A DNA stretch of 64,000 bases from Branchiostoma lanceolatum (GCF_035083965.1 NC_089722.1:25355081-25419080), one strand, 5' to 3'; numbered from the stretch's first letter, positions 35,380 to 47,285 are shown. Made by a program: numbers and translations. The notes: a model not told the origin generated them from the letters alone.

Positions 35380-35578
35380 GGGTTGTGTTTGGTCCGGAAC
35401 TGGTGCTGCTCGGTCCTGATGAACAGTTCACCCAGCTCAGTCTGTCTGGGGGGAAGCCCAAACGACCCAACGTCATCAAGTCCCTGTGCCTGCTCCTCGG
35501 GCCTGACTTCTGCACCGACATCATCGTCATAGAGACGGCTGATCATGCCCGTCTGCAGCTGCAGATGAGCTACAACTG
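35380..35578 (+). CDS. MVP: MVP exon 13
   Basis: Translation [65 protein letters not shown](W). Compare human [66 protein letters not shown]. Donor aactg|gtaggt. Confidence 0.9.
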
Positions 35579-35767
35579 GTAGGTGATTTGTGACCTGTTC
35601 CTCCCTTATATCAAATGGAACCTTCTAAATCCCACTATCTACCTGCTCCAACTAACTAGCAAATATATCATTGGTCTCATACCAGTGTTACCATATTTTC
35701 CTGCCTACAGCCTAGCTTACTATAACTTATTGGTCTCACATCAGTGTTCTTTTCTTGTGACCTCCAG

Positions 35768-35906
35768 GCACTTTGATGTCAAGGACAAGGAGAAAGATGG
35801 CAAGAAAATTTTCAGCGTCCCAGACTTTGTCGGCGATGCCTGCAAGGCTGTTGCCTCCCGTGTCCGTGGCGCTGTTGCTGGCGTTCAGTTTGATGATTTC
35901 CACAAG
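35768..35906 (+). CDS. MVP: MVP exon 14
   Basis: Translation [46 protein letters not shown]. Compare human [48 protein letters not shown]. Confidence 0.9.
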
Positions 35907-36176
35907 GTGAGGTCATTTTCGTGTTAGTGGAAAAGGAAACATGGTGAAAGTTTGTGGTGAAACAAATACATGTAATACTTAATATATGAGTTTGTGATGA
36001 GATTTCAAAATACTGCAGTCTTAAAACCACTGTGACTGTTTCACGATTTACAGTACCCGGTAGTGTTCTGAAGGTTCTAACATTATGGAGCATATTATTC
36101 ACTCTTGTAATCTCCTCAAGTACAACTTTCATAACAATCAGGATTGTAACCTCAGTGAATCAAATTGTAATTCCAG

Positions 36177-36241
36177 AACTCGGCTCGAATCATCAGGGCA
36201 TCAGTATTTGGTCTGGATGAGAGCAACAAGGTTCGCAATGT
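36177..36241 (+). CDS. MVP: MVP exon 15
   Basis: Translation NSARIIRASVFGLDESNKVRN(V). Compare human NSARIIRTAVFGFETSE. Donor aatgt|gtgagt. Confidence 0.85.
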
Positions 36242-36269
36242 GTGAGTACCCTTTTCTTTCACTTTTCTA

Positions 36270-36380
36270 ATTTGTGTACTTTTGGATGGGACATAAAGTC
36301 GGGTCCTGTGTTTGAGGATGTGCCTCGAGTATGGTAAAGGGGGAGGGCTAGCAACCCGTCTCTATAGAAATATACCCTGG
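36270..36380 (+). mobile_element. tRNA-derived SINE fragment (family A body, motif gtgcctcgagta), in MVP intron 15
   Basis: gaggatgtgcctcgagtatggtaaaggggg matches gaggaggtgcctcgagtacgttaaaaaagg at 57058-57090. Confidence 0.4.
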
Positions 36381-36579
36381 CTCTGAAACAGCAAGGAAAC
36401 TTGCTACTAGGCACTGCAAGCTCTGAATCAGCAAACCGATCAGCGATATATGTATCAAGGGTACAACAAAAGCTATGGGGTAATTTTGGATAGTCAATGC
36501 ATAAAGGAGTGTTACAGTTCCAAATTCCCCTTTGAATATCCTGCTGATAATCACTGAACATTGCCCTCTGTCTGTACAG

Positions 36580-36843
36580 TTTCACGTTCCCCCAGAACAA
36601 CCTTGTGATCACCAGCGTGGACATCCAGTCCGTGGAGCCCGTGGACCAGCGCACACGAGACTCCCTGCAGAAGTCCGTCACGCTCGCCATCGAGATCACC
36701 ACCAACTCACAGGAGGCGGCGGCCAGGCACGAGGCGGAGCGCGTGGAGCAGGAGGCCAAAGGTCGCCTGGAGCGGCAGAAGATTCAGGACGAGGCAGAGG
36801 CGGAGAATTCACGTCGAGACCTGCTGGAACTGCAGGCTAAGAG
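36580..36843 (+). CDS. MVP: MVP exon 16 (shoulder / coiled-coil start)
   Basis: Translation (V)[87 protein letters not shown]. Compare human [86 protein letters not shown]. Confidence 0.9.
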
Positions 36844-37405
36844 GTGTGCACTCTTCTGACTGAAATTGTGGAGTTAAACCATCTTCCACCCGTCATGATC
36901 AATTCAAGTGACCCATAGTAGAACTATTCCTGTTGTCTGCATGCTCGTCAATGACATTTGCTTTCTTGATATATTCTGACTGCCAAGAGATGTGCACTCT
37001 TCCTGTAGCATGAAAGCTCTTCAGTGTTCATGATTGAAAATGTGGAATAAAAACTGCCATGCATTTAACATTTCGACTTATGTTCCTAAATGGGCTACAG
37101 AAGACTTTTTTGTCCAGTGAAATAAAAGCTTCTTATTGAAATGAGCAACGGTGATCAAAGATCTCAAGAAATGCAAACCAAATTATATACATCTACCAAG
37201 TTGTTACTGATTTGTAGGATTTGTATTTCCATGCACATTTTTCCTGACTTTAGACTGTTCTGGATCAAATTATGGTAGAAGGCATCCTTCCATCTCGAGA
37301 TGATGGTAGCACTCTGGTGTCATGGCCATGGGCAGTGTCTTGTGTTGCTGGTCAGTCCTATCCTAGTTCTAACAGCGATGATATTGTGTTTCCTTCCTTC
37401 TTTAG

Positions 37406-37532
37406 TGCTGCGGTGGAGAGCACCGGACAAGCCAAAGCAGAGGCCCAGTCTCGCGCCGAGGCAGCCAGGATCGAAGGCGAGGCGGCGGTTGAGCAGGCAA
37501 AACTCAAGGCACAGGCCTCCAAGATTGAAGCT
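37406..37532 (+). CDS. MVP: MVP exon 17 (coiled coil)
   Basis: Translation (S)[42 protein letters not shown]. Compare human [42 protein letters not shown]. Confidence 0.9.
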
Positions 37533-37959
37533 GTAGGTTTTCATTACTTAGGTCACTTAAAATTGATTGTGTGGATGACATCTGTTGTGTCTGTGAAAAT
37601 ATCATGTTTCAGTGGTCATTTGATATGGACTAATTTTCTGAGAACTAAATATCAACAATGACTCAGTGTTTGTGTCTTTATAACTCTACAAATGCCTGAC
37701 TCATCATAAGTAGATGCTCATCATTGTCAATTACTTAATCTGTATATCCATGAAAAAAAGTTTTTTCTTCCAAACATGTTGAATGACTGGAAAATAGAAA
37801 TGTTAAGAGTCACAAAGGTAACATACATACAAAGGTAGCAAACATGTATTGTACCTATATCATTTTATACCATTTGATGATACTGTGTCCAAAAATAAGT
37901 ATTAAAAAAAGTATCAGCCTAGTGGGTGTACTAAACTTGACCACATCTTGATTTTGTAG

Positions 37960-38148
37960 GAATCTGAGCTTGAGCGCCTGTCGACAGCGCGCGAGGCCGA
38001 GTTGAAGTACTTGCGGGAACAGAACGACATGGAAGTGGCGAAGCTAAGGGAAATGGCCGAAATTGAGACGACGAAGTTCAAGAACCAGGTGGACGCCATC
38101 GGCGCCCAGACTATCCAGTCTATCGCCCTGGCCGGTCCTGAGCTACAG
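37960..38148 (+). CDS. MVP: MVP exon 18 (coiled coil)
   Basis: Translation ESELERLSTAREAELKYLREQNDMEVAKLREMAEIETTKFKNQVDAIGAQTIQSIALAGPELQ. Compare human ..[30 protein letters not shown]. Confidence 0.9.
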
Positions 38149-38501
38149 GTCAGGGTTTTTCATGTGCTTCTTTGTTTTGTTATGTTTTTCTTTGTTTCAC
38201 AAGAAACACCTAATGCCCTATCAAAATCTATGACCATCTACACAGCACGTCACCAGAATGTAAGCATTTAAGGTCGTGTTTGCGTATTCAAGGTTAACAT
38301 CTCGCATATAGGTTCATTTAGTTGTGTCCAAAGACATATCTTATGCAACGGCTGTTACTCCGATGCAACGTTGACCAAAGAGAACAAAAGAAATTTAGCA
38401 GTTATGATAGGTTTAAATAGCAGACTAATTGCCATATATGCATTACGTTCTGAATACATGCTCATGTACTGTCTTTAAACATGTTCTTTACCCATCCACA
38501 G

Positions 38502-38666
38502 GTCAAACTACTGAAGGGCCTGGGCCTGACCTCTACCCTGATCACAGATGGTACTTCTCCCATCAACCTCTTCAACACTGCAGGGGGTCTGATCGGGGCC
38601 ATGGGCGGGGCAGCCAGTGGCCATCCTGCTCGTTCCCGCCGCCACTCCGATTCCTCGGAAGACTAG
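38502..38666 (+). CDS. MVP: MVP terminal exon (stop TAG 38664-38666)
   Basis: Translation [54 protein letters not shown]. Compare human [32 protein letters not shown]. Confidence 0.9.
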   Translation, partial: VKLLKGLGLTSTLITDGTSPINLFNTAGGLIGAMGGAASGHPARSRRHSDSSED

Positions 38667-40165
38667 AAAGCTCAATGCAACCCCTCTTAAAGTAGTTTTA
38701 TAAGACCAGTGCGTGTAGTGCTGCAGACCCCAGAAATGACAACTGGATAGAATAGACTTGAGAGTAAATATTACTTTCATAAAGAATTTCTAAAAATCGG
38801 TCTACTTCAAGTGGTGATAATGGAAAGCAAACATTAAACATCCTGACCAATATGGCTGCAATCCCTACCTGTGGGGTAAGGGAGGAGATAAAACTATGTT
38901 TGAAGTGCTACTTACACAACTCAACATATACAATGCAAATGCTGGGCTCGGGAGTTGCCAAAGAGAGGGAAAGGGGCTAAAAGAAAAACTTACTAAAACC
39001 ACAAGAGAGACCTTTGCCATGTTTTTTTCACTCCCTGTTACAAGTCCCTAATAGACTTTGGGTTTGTACCTTTCACATGAATACGACAGCTTTATTTTGA
39101 CCACCAAAGAGACTTAATGCATGCAAGAAAACGTCTATGTTCAGATGATGAAAATTACTGAAGATACTGTTCTTTGTTGATGGTGAAAATTTGTGAAAAC
39201 AAAAACTATGAAAAGCAAAAATATGCACTATTCTGGCTGACATTGTGTTGTTGATATTCTATTACGATTAGGTGGATTATGGTTCTCTAGAATTAGGAAA
39301 TGTAAAGATGAAGGTTTGATGAAAAGACAAGTTTACTATTGCTGGCTACTGCTCTATAAATGTTTATCTCTTGTATGATAAAAACACTACAAATGATATG
39401 ATAGTTTTGAAGAAGCAGATTCTATAAGAAACAGCTTATGACATGGTGTCCAAGTCTTGAGATTAGAATTATAGGACATTTATGGTATCACTGCTACAGA
39501 TATAGTTTTGGAAGCTACTATGCCTTACTTCTTTGTGTAATTATAATATTCCTCCGTGGTGTTAGCTGTTAGCTGTAGAGACTACATTTTGTACTTTTTG
39601 GTGGGACTGATTTTCGTCACTTTTGCCAGTCATACTTTTTGTGCTGTTGGATCATTATGATTACAATTCTGTTTTCTGTATATCTTGAAAATATAACTTC
39701 ACAAAAGTGTAGCAACTTGTCTTGGTGACAATAATCCTTATAAACATTGACCGAATAAAACCTTGGTTTAGTTGGATCGATAAACATATAGTTATGTAGA
39801 AAAATATGAATAATTGCACACAACAAAATATGACCCACTAGATAAAGACGTTACTTACAGAAGGCATTTTATGTTGTGACAAAACAAAATGGCCTCAAAT
39901 GCTGTGTTTTGACATAGCTGAAGATTTTGGAACTCTTCATGAATTTTAGGATATGTTCTCAGAAATTGTTTATCATATTAGATATGCATCGTAACGTCAT
40001 AATGCTATAATTCTGTCATGACAATTTATCACAGTCAGTGGCAACCACAGCCTTGATATTTCACCAGCTCTCGTCTTGGTCAAGTGAGTCTTCTGAGAGT
40101 TTTGGGAGTTCAACAGCCCCTTTCAGTCTCAGCAGCTCCGGAGTCGTGGGTCCTAGTAGCAGAGG

Positions 40166-40338
40166 TGTGTTCGGGTCTAACGAGATGGAGCTTCGCGGTG
40201 AAGCGAACGGGCCAGCGACAAGGCCCTTCCCGCCAAAGGCATGGCCACTTGGTGTGTTCGGATCTAAGGAGATGGAGCCTCGCGGTGAAGCGAACGGGGC
40301 AGCAACAAGGCCCTTCCCGCCAAAAGCATGGTCACTTG
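40166..40338. repeat. tandem duplication, 86-87-bp unit x2 (~90% identical)
   Basis: Unit gtgttcgg(g/a)tcta(a/c)(c/g)gagatggag(c)ctcgcggtgaagcgaacggg..caaggcccttcccgccaaa(g/a)gcatgg(c/t)cacttg. Open on both strands (the + ORFs at 40038-40355 and 40084-40371, and a Met-less - frame). Confidence 0.85.
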
Positions 40339-40531
40339 CTGATCTGCATGCATAGGAAAGATGTAACGTAGTTGGGACCTTTGAATGGTTTATTATTTAA
40401 CTATTCAACAGAACAAAATGTATACATAGTGCATACATTCAAGATGGTGCAGAAACGGAAATTTGTTATGTGGATTCGACTTCTTCCCGTTCCTTTTTTA
40501 ATGATGGAAATATAGGTTCAGATATCTAGTT

Positions 40532-40855
40532 TTATGGCAAGATGATAATGATATCATATCTACACGCATAAGAAGCATAAACTTTGCGTTTGAAACAAGA
40601 CAGCGTTTGTACGTACCCTTCATCTTGTTCTTCGACGATTGCGGCCACCCCTGGAGCGATGGAAGACCGTCTGCGAGACCTCCTTCGCGCCCTGTTCATT
40701 CTCTGTATCTCTTCTATGGCAGAGATAGGGAGATCCTCGTCGTCGTCTTCCATCACTGTGATCGTAGGAGTGGTATGATGTGAAATTATTTCCGCCCGTT
40801 TTAATAGATGGATAGAGGAGGTTCGTTTTGAAATCGTGCATCCCATTTTGATCAC
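40532..40855 (-). CDS. small N-myristoylation-motif protein X1 (candidate first exon; conserved GTACGT donor would end it at 40617)
   Basis: ORF MIKMGCTISKRTSS...RARRRSRRRSSIAPGVAAIVEEQDEGYVQTL..; MGCTISK fits the MGxxxS/T N-myristoylation consensus. Paralogous to the 44325-44531 ORF (RRxS..PG....(D/E)4-6Y motif). Donor-like gaagg|gtacgt sits at the same codon position in both. Confidence 0.4.
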   Translation of the reverse strand: MIKMGCTISKRTSSIHLLKRAEIISHHTTPTITVMEDDDEDLPISAIEEIQRMNRARRRSRRRSSIAPGVAAIVEEQDEGYVQTLSCFKRKVYASYACRYDIIIILP

Positions 40856-43800
40856 GTGTCGGCGAGAGCTTTGTGGACAAGTCTGTCCATGTTAAATCTT
40901 GAAGACAAGAGTCCGTTTTCTTCCGGGAACGTTGTGCCCTCAGTGCTTGTTTTGAGATGTTCGTTATGCTTTGACCAAGGGTACCAAGCGACGATCTACA
41001 CTATGTCGTCATATCCATTTGTGACGTTGAGATGTTCGGAAAAAATCTCCAAGCAGATGTTGGAAGGACGTTTGTATAACAAACACAGAACCGAAAAACT
41101 TTACGATTTTGCCTTCCAGCATGCTTGAAAAAACGTGGGCCGTTGATTGAAAATCAGTGTCTGACAAATATTTGTTGGAAACTTCTTTTCGATAAATGTT
41201 TCCTTATCTTTTATCGCAATAGATAGATTGAAATGTCACTTTCCTATATGTCCTTAGCAGGTAGCGGTTCATTAATGTGTTGATTTTTACACAGACGACA
41301 TTGAAAGTACAATGTAAAAGAATTGGGAAAATCTTTCAGATATCAATGGCTGATGACTCAACCACTTTGCTCATTCTACTACTGCTAGAGACCATGTCGT
41401 CTTGCTGAAAAATTCCTCGATTATTTGGTCTCAAAACTGAAATGATAAACCATGGATTTTCGCAGTATATGCAGTGCGCCTGTTATGAGCTATCAAAGGG
41501 CCCCACTGTAGAGCAATAGTCACAACACTGGGTTGGGCTACCCCAGATAAAAGCTTATACAGTAACTTGAAAGGCACGCATAAAACCAAATAAACAAGTT
41601 GTTACGTCAATGTACCAATTTAAATCCGTAGTTGCCGTTGCAGTTTTGCAGTGCGGGAGATGTCTATATGGTTGTGCTTGGCAAAGCCTGTGAAAATAAA
41701 AGGTATGGGCATGGTGCACTATTTACATAAGCAATTGGCCAATTGTTTGCATCACGCTTTACAATGTTGTAGAGAATATAGCGTTCTACGGTAACCCACG
41801 GGGCAGTTGTTCTTGGGGTCAGTTGAGGACACTGGGGTCACCTCCGGTCAACGGAGGGCCACCGGAGTGACTGAGCATATATCTTATGACGTTTCCATTT
41901 TCAGTTCTATGACGTTCAGAGTTACCAGTCTGAGAACACAAATAAGCGTGCACAAACTTAGCCAGGTCCTCTCCACACCCCGATTGAACGACGATGTTAT
42001 TCCGGTAAGAACTGAATTTGTTTGTCTTCTGTTACGTTACATGTAACGTTAACATTTATAAACCGTTGTTAGGAATAGAATTACATGAGAACTTTGATAT
42101 AGTGTTGACTCCACAGCCGGCTGATTCTTCCTCGAAACTTTCTGACTCTGACATGTGAAATTCAAATTCATGAGATTCAACTGATATTCATTCAACCTAT
42201 ATAGTTATAGGTTATATGGGGTAGAAACTGAAGAAATCTTATGTACATAATAGACAGCATCCAGAACAGGTACATTTGTAACGCAAATTAAATTTTCCGA
42301 AGTAGCAATGGCCCTGATGCAAGAACATGTATTAGATATTATGTCATTGACAGGAATTCACATTTCTGATCAAAAAGCTAGGCACAAGCCAAAACAGAGG
42401 ATTTCGTGCGTTTTATTGATTTCATCAAACAGAAAATATGTCACCCCACACCAAACACATTGACTACCATCAGGGCCGATGAACGATGGCGGGTGCCTTT
42501 TGAAAGCTTCTAACCACAGCTTCTATTTGTCGTGCGTAGCCAGTTCGAATGTTCATATTGAAACAGGAAGCAAGCGATCTCTTTGTGTTTAGTTGAAGGC
42601 TAGAAAGTATGTACCAGTACTGTCGCTGTGGTCTGGGAAAGTCCATGACAATGTCCCACCTTAATGAGAAATAAAGTGTTCTCCAACTCAAAAAGCTTCA
42701 CTCGCCGGAATTTTCGACCGAATCTTCATCAGCTATCTGGCCCAAGTGCTGTAGACACGGTGAAACTTTTTGAGTTCGAGAACGGTTTATTTCTCATTAT
42801 GTAGTTACCAACTCAGATCAACTTTCATGCGAATGTCCCACCTGTGAATAATGTGAAATTCTGAGAATTTCGCTTCCGACATTACTACCCTCTCTATTTA
42901 ACGATTTCCGAAATCCCTTCATAAACGGGCAAATAATATATGGGGGGATTCCTTCAAGGAGTCGTCGTTGATTTGATGCTGATATTTTCATTCGAATTTT
43001 GTATACGTAACCAGCCAACCTGTGGATGGATCGTGTTTGGGGCAATAAAAATATTATGATTTCCAGGTTTTTAGTCGGACGCATTCCTTGAATGAAGCCA
43101 GGACACTATATAAGTAAAGAATGAACAGAAGATGTGGATGTGAGTCGAAGATTAATGACATTTACTGGTGTTCAAGTAATCCACATGCCAACAAGATGCC
43201 AACACAAACAAGGTGTTCAAAATTCAATCAAATTACTGGGATTGACTTCATTTTTCGGGTTTTCCTTTTTAACTGTTCTTACTACTTTATAATTACATGC
43301 ACTGATCTATTGACTTCTTGATATTGTACTGTATGTACAAAGTAGGATGCAACTATTCAAGACGACTAATTCCGCTGAAAAGTGTCAGTTTGCCTCTAGA
43401 TCTCGTTCGGTATAACACATAGATATCCAACAGTACAACTGTTCGACGTTGTATCATTCTCAGCTTATCGATATCAATATTGAATATTGAGTGGACAGTG
43501 GCGGTGTCATTGTAGCGCTTAAAAATATCTGATATTCACTGATGAATATTACGTAGTGTAAATCATAACTTTGGGACTTTGTGTATCAAGGGCACTGAGA
43601 AAATTCCATGATGAGAGCATTACAGAACACAGACAGTGTCTATCCAGTTGCAGTGGAACGGTACAGTTTTCCTCCCTATGTCTTTTCTGATGATCTAGAT
43701 CGTGGGCTGCCTAGTTTGTTGCTGTGATCAGATGATCTGCTCTGGGCGGAGGCATCCACATCTTCCCTGTCAGCGATGTTCGCACTCTCCGTTGAGCCAA

Positions 43801-43999
43801 AGACCCAGTTGCCTGCTTCTCTGTGAGACAAAAGGCGACACGTTCGGTTACGATGGTACCTCTATTCAACATGATATGAGGTGGGTCCTTGATGCGTGTT
43901 TCCCTTCATCTTTTTAACAAGATATCTCCAGCTTAACCTCCCCTCTGAAGGACACTAAGTCTACCCACTACCGTACCAACGGATTGCAAATTGGGGTTC

Positions 44000-44135
44000 G
44001 GAACAATAACGGTAGGTTAGGATTTGAACCCGCAACCCCATGGTCCAGAAGTGGGGCTACTGAACACCAGACCGCTAGAGGATACTATTGTACATAACAG
44101 ATGTATGAAACACTGCCTAGTGCTTTGGCCAGTAC
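44000..44135 (-). mobile_element. tRNA-derived SINE fragment (T-arm-like ggggttgcgggttcaaatcc on the - strand)
   Basis: The reverse complement of ggatttgaacccgcaacccc gives a tRNA T-arm-like motif. No complete cloverleaf can be drawn. Confidence 0.35.
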
Positions 44136-44324
44136 AGACGACGGAAGAGCCTGAATGGTATTTCTTTGCCTTTCCTATTGTGGTGAACATAATTCCATCA
44201 TACGAGTAACGGGCTCCCTGTTACTACCAAGTCCAGAGCGGTCCACATGCCTCCCATGCCAGCCCAGACCTTTGTGTATTTGAGGCAGGAGTAGAAGTAG
44301 GAACGCCAAGTAGCCCCATACATG

Positions 44325-44531
44325 TTATACATGACATGGCAAAACTACGTACTCTTCATCAGGATCGTCTCGAATTGTATCCAGTCCCGGCACCATCGAC
44401 GCTCTCCGGGCCGTCCGTCTGGGCAGGCTGCGCCGAACCTCTTCTGGTGTACTAGAGGGACTGATTTTGTGGGGTTGCTTCTTTCCTTGCTTCTTCTCTT
44501 TCTTTTTACTCTTTGACGGGAAAGAACCCAT
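44325..44531 (-). CDS. small N-myristoylation-motif basic protein X2 (candidate first exon; conserved GTACGT donor would end it at 44353)
   Basis: ORF MGSFPSKSKKKEKKQGKKQPHKISPSSTPEEVRRSLPRRTARRASMVPGLDTIRDDPDEEYVVL.. has Gly2, Ser6 and a polybasic stretch (Src-SH4-like myristoyl switch). Paralogous to X1. Confidence 0.4.
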   Translation of the reverse strand: MGSFPSKSKKKEKKQGKKQPHKISPSSTPEEVRRSLPRRTARRASMVPGLDTIRDDPDEEYVVLPCHV

Positions 44532-45843
44532 GTTTTAAACACTATTGGTGCAGTTAAGTGTTTGTCCTTTGTTTTGTTTGATTGTGACGTCATAAACGCT
44601 TTTCCACAGTCACAGAAACGTCATAACTGTTTCCGAGCAACATGCAACGAACATGGAGAAGCCGCAACATTTTAGTCATCTCTTTATGTCCGATTGTCAG
44701 AAACTTTTTAATGCTCTTACAAAGTGCTCAGGGGCTCGTGTACCATACGTCATACGTCTCATGCTCGGCAGTTCGTGTTGACATTCAAAATTTCTTTTTA
44801 CTTCTGTCAATACGGCCTCCGTGATGTTTTCGTATTCCAACTAAAGCCATGCTGATTTCATTATATGGATGACATCCGCACGGCCATCAATTTTTGTCCG
44901 TTTCAAAAAAAAATTGGGCCATACTATAAATCATACAAAGCAGTTGGAAAATTAGCAAGTTTATACCGTAAATTGCACACAAAGTATTTCCAAGAATGGG
45001 TACATTTGTACTATAATAATGCCGTAGAATGCCAAGGCCAATTCCAAAATCAAAGAAGATGTGAAAGAACAAAAATGAAAAATGTATTATTTGATATACC
45101 ATACTCTGTGTGTTTAGTCGCTTGTTCAACCTTGATCATGACCACGTAGATTTTATAATGATGACAACTTTTTTTGCCATACTTTTTTTATACGCACGCT
45201 CGCATCAGTTTTAGAGTTCCCACTGGGTGTCATCCATGTAATCAAATCAACATGGCCTAAGTTATGCCAATCTTAATTTCATGCAAATTTATTCTGGAAC
45301 AACTAGACAACCTCACAACAGCTAAGTATCATTATCTTGACATGTTCTAGAACAACGTTTTTCGTCGACTTTGCCGTCGACGAATAAGAGGAATGAGCGC
45401 CCACAACATCATTGCAATCATGATTATCTATAATTACCCAAAAGCAAACATACACAGACGCTTGTGTAACGAAGAAAAAGTTAGTCAAGGACTTCAATGT
45501 CCCATTCCTGTTATAATGCTCGTTCGTTTGCTGTCTAGACCTACTAAGATAGATGACCAGCTTTGGTCAGAAGCTCCTGGCGACTTGTACCTGCACTGCA
45601 CGTATATCAAATGCAGTCACCTTTACGAATTCCAATGGTAACTCTGATCACTCATCAGGTGATGACACCAGGTGCTCAGTCTCCGCATCACAAGGATTGG
45701 TTTTCACGTCTTGTGGGCAGTGCATGGTGCAGCCGACATAGCCGTAGATTTCCTCAACAGTTTACCTATCCGCCCCCACCTCACGACAAGAACTTCTCGC
45801 TACGGTATACCGTTCAACCGTCGTGCCATTTCCTCACCCAGCT

Positions 45844-45961
45844 ATGGCTAATTGCCTGGATTCTGTAGTCTTTTTGGTACTTCTCTCTGCTCTCATGCCC
45901 GCCATTTTGTCATCGCCTCGACCTTTTAACAGCGTGGATCGTACTGAAGATGCCCCAAGAG
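45844..45961 (+). CDS. mosaic serine protease exon 1 (signal peptide)
   Basis: Translation MANCLDSVVFLVLLSALMPAILSSPRPFNSVDRTEDAPR has a hydrophobic core followed by a small-residue cleavage region. An upstream in-frame ATG at 45823 is also possible. Donor agag|gtattt, phase 1. Confidence 0.65.
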
Positions 45962-46539
45962 GTATTTTCACACAAAATACTTCTGTTAACATTGTTTTGG
46001 TTTGTTGCAGAAATAGTTCTTACATTGGCATTGATGTTGTTGCACTGTATTTATCTAATATGGCCGGAAAGCAACCATTTTCCAAACTTTCTTCCGTGAT
46101 GGTAAATTGTCTTGATTTAGTTTGATTTTATGCTGCGAATAATCGAGGATTGCAAACGACGAAACTTTTGTCAGTACATTGTCACGATTATTTTCCCTTA
46201 CTAGTGGATGTCACTGAAACTGTAGTTTAGATGAAAGTCATGCGAATGTAGGGCATTGGGATTCTATAGACAATGAATGGGGAGGGGGGATATTCTTCTA
46301 CTTCAAGTTGACAAGTTAACACCAAGATAACCCCATCAGGGGCAAAGTGGGGAGGGAGGAGGTCCCGGAAAGTCTCAGATTCTGTACATTGCTTTGCAAA
46401 AGACATGTGAATAGACCGGTTTTCCATGAAACCTAGCAGTTTGGACATGCAGGTGTTTGTGACGATAATTGCAATTTCGATAAAAGTTGCCGTCGAACCC
46501 CTTTGGAGCGGCTTCAAAATGGTATTTCCGTCTTTTTAG

Positions 46540-46716
46540 TTAACGGCAGTATGGAGTCCTCACACCGCCCATCCAGCCGTCCCGGTGTTAAGTCTGCCGG
46601 CGGCTGTGGGTACAACGAGTGGGCCTGTGCGTCCGGGGACGAGTGCATCCCCTGGAGATGGCAGTGTGACACCTTCAACGACTGCGCGGACGCCAGCGAT
46701 GAAAACATGTGCTTTG
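46540..46716 (+). CDS. serine protease exon 2 (LDL-receptor class A module 1)
   Basis: Translation ..SAGGCGYNEWACASGDECIPWRWQCDTFNDCADASDENMCF: 6 Cys plus the DCxDxSDE calcium cage. Phase 1-1 exon. Confidence 0.8.
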
Positions 46717-47141
46717 GTGAGTCAGCTCTCTGCGTATGCGCAGGTCAAAGGTAAAGGCCTCTGACTTGCAAACAGTTACTGTCTCGACCATACTTAACCA
46801 CGTGACTTTACTCATGTCTAGATATATATGGCCTCCATCGGTCGGTTCGCATAATATTGTCTAGAAGTGTTTTAGAACCTTCACGTCATGTCTTAATTTA
46901 CGCCAAATGAATACTCGCCGTCGCCATGTTGGTGGAGTGGATGTACCCAAGATGGCAACTTTGGTAACTAAGAAAGGAGTTATCCATAGTCTGAGGCTCC
47001 CTATATATGCAAATGCAAAAGACAGACATGTTGAAATTTAGGGAAACAACGTTCAGGGTTTCCAGAAATTTTTAGTTAGGGGTTTTCAAGAATCTTAATA
47101 TGACCAAAAAAAACGCAATTTCCCTGTTATTTTGTTGGCAG

Positions 47142-47285
47142 AATGTGACACGGGTTCTCGCAAGAAGAGACAGTCTAAAAACAGTCAGCGCCGACCGCCC
47201 GGGACAAAGAAGAACCTCGTTCCCTGGAATTGGATTTGTGACGGCATTCGTGACTGTGTTGATGGAAGGGACGAGCTGAATTGTG
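47142..47285 (+). CDS. serine protease exon 3 (degenerate LDLa-like module with RKKR basic site)
   Basis: Translation ECDTGSRKKRQSKNSQRRPPGTKKNLVPWNWICDGIRDCVDGRDELNC: only 4 Cys; the C-terminal half is LDLa-like. Phase 1-1. Confidence 0.65.

Noticed and set aside
36259-36759. 166-aa ORF on the - strand
   Set aside because: Antisense to MVP exons 15-16 and intron 15; no similarity to anything and no splice logic. A typical antisense shadow of a coding region.
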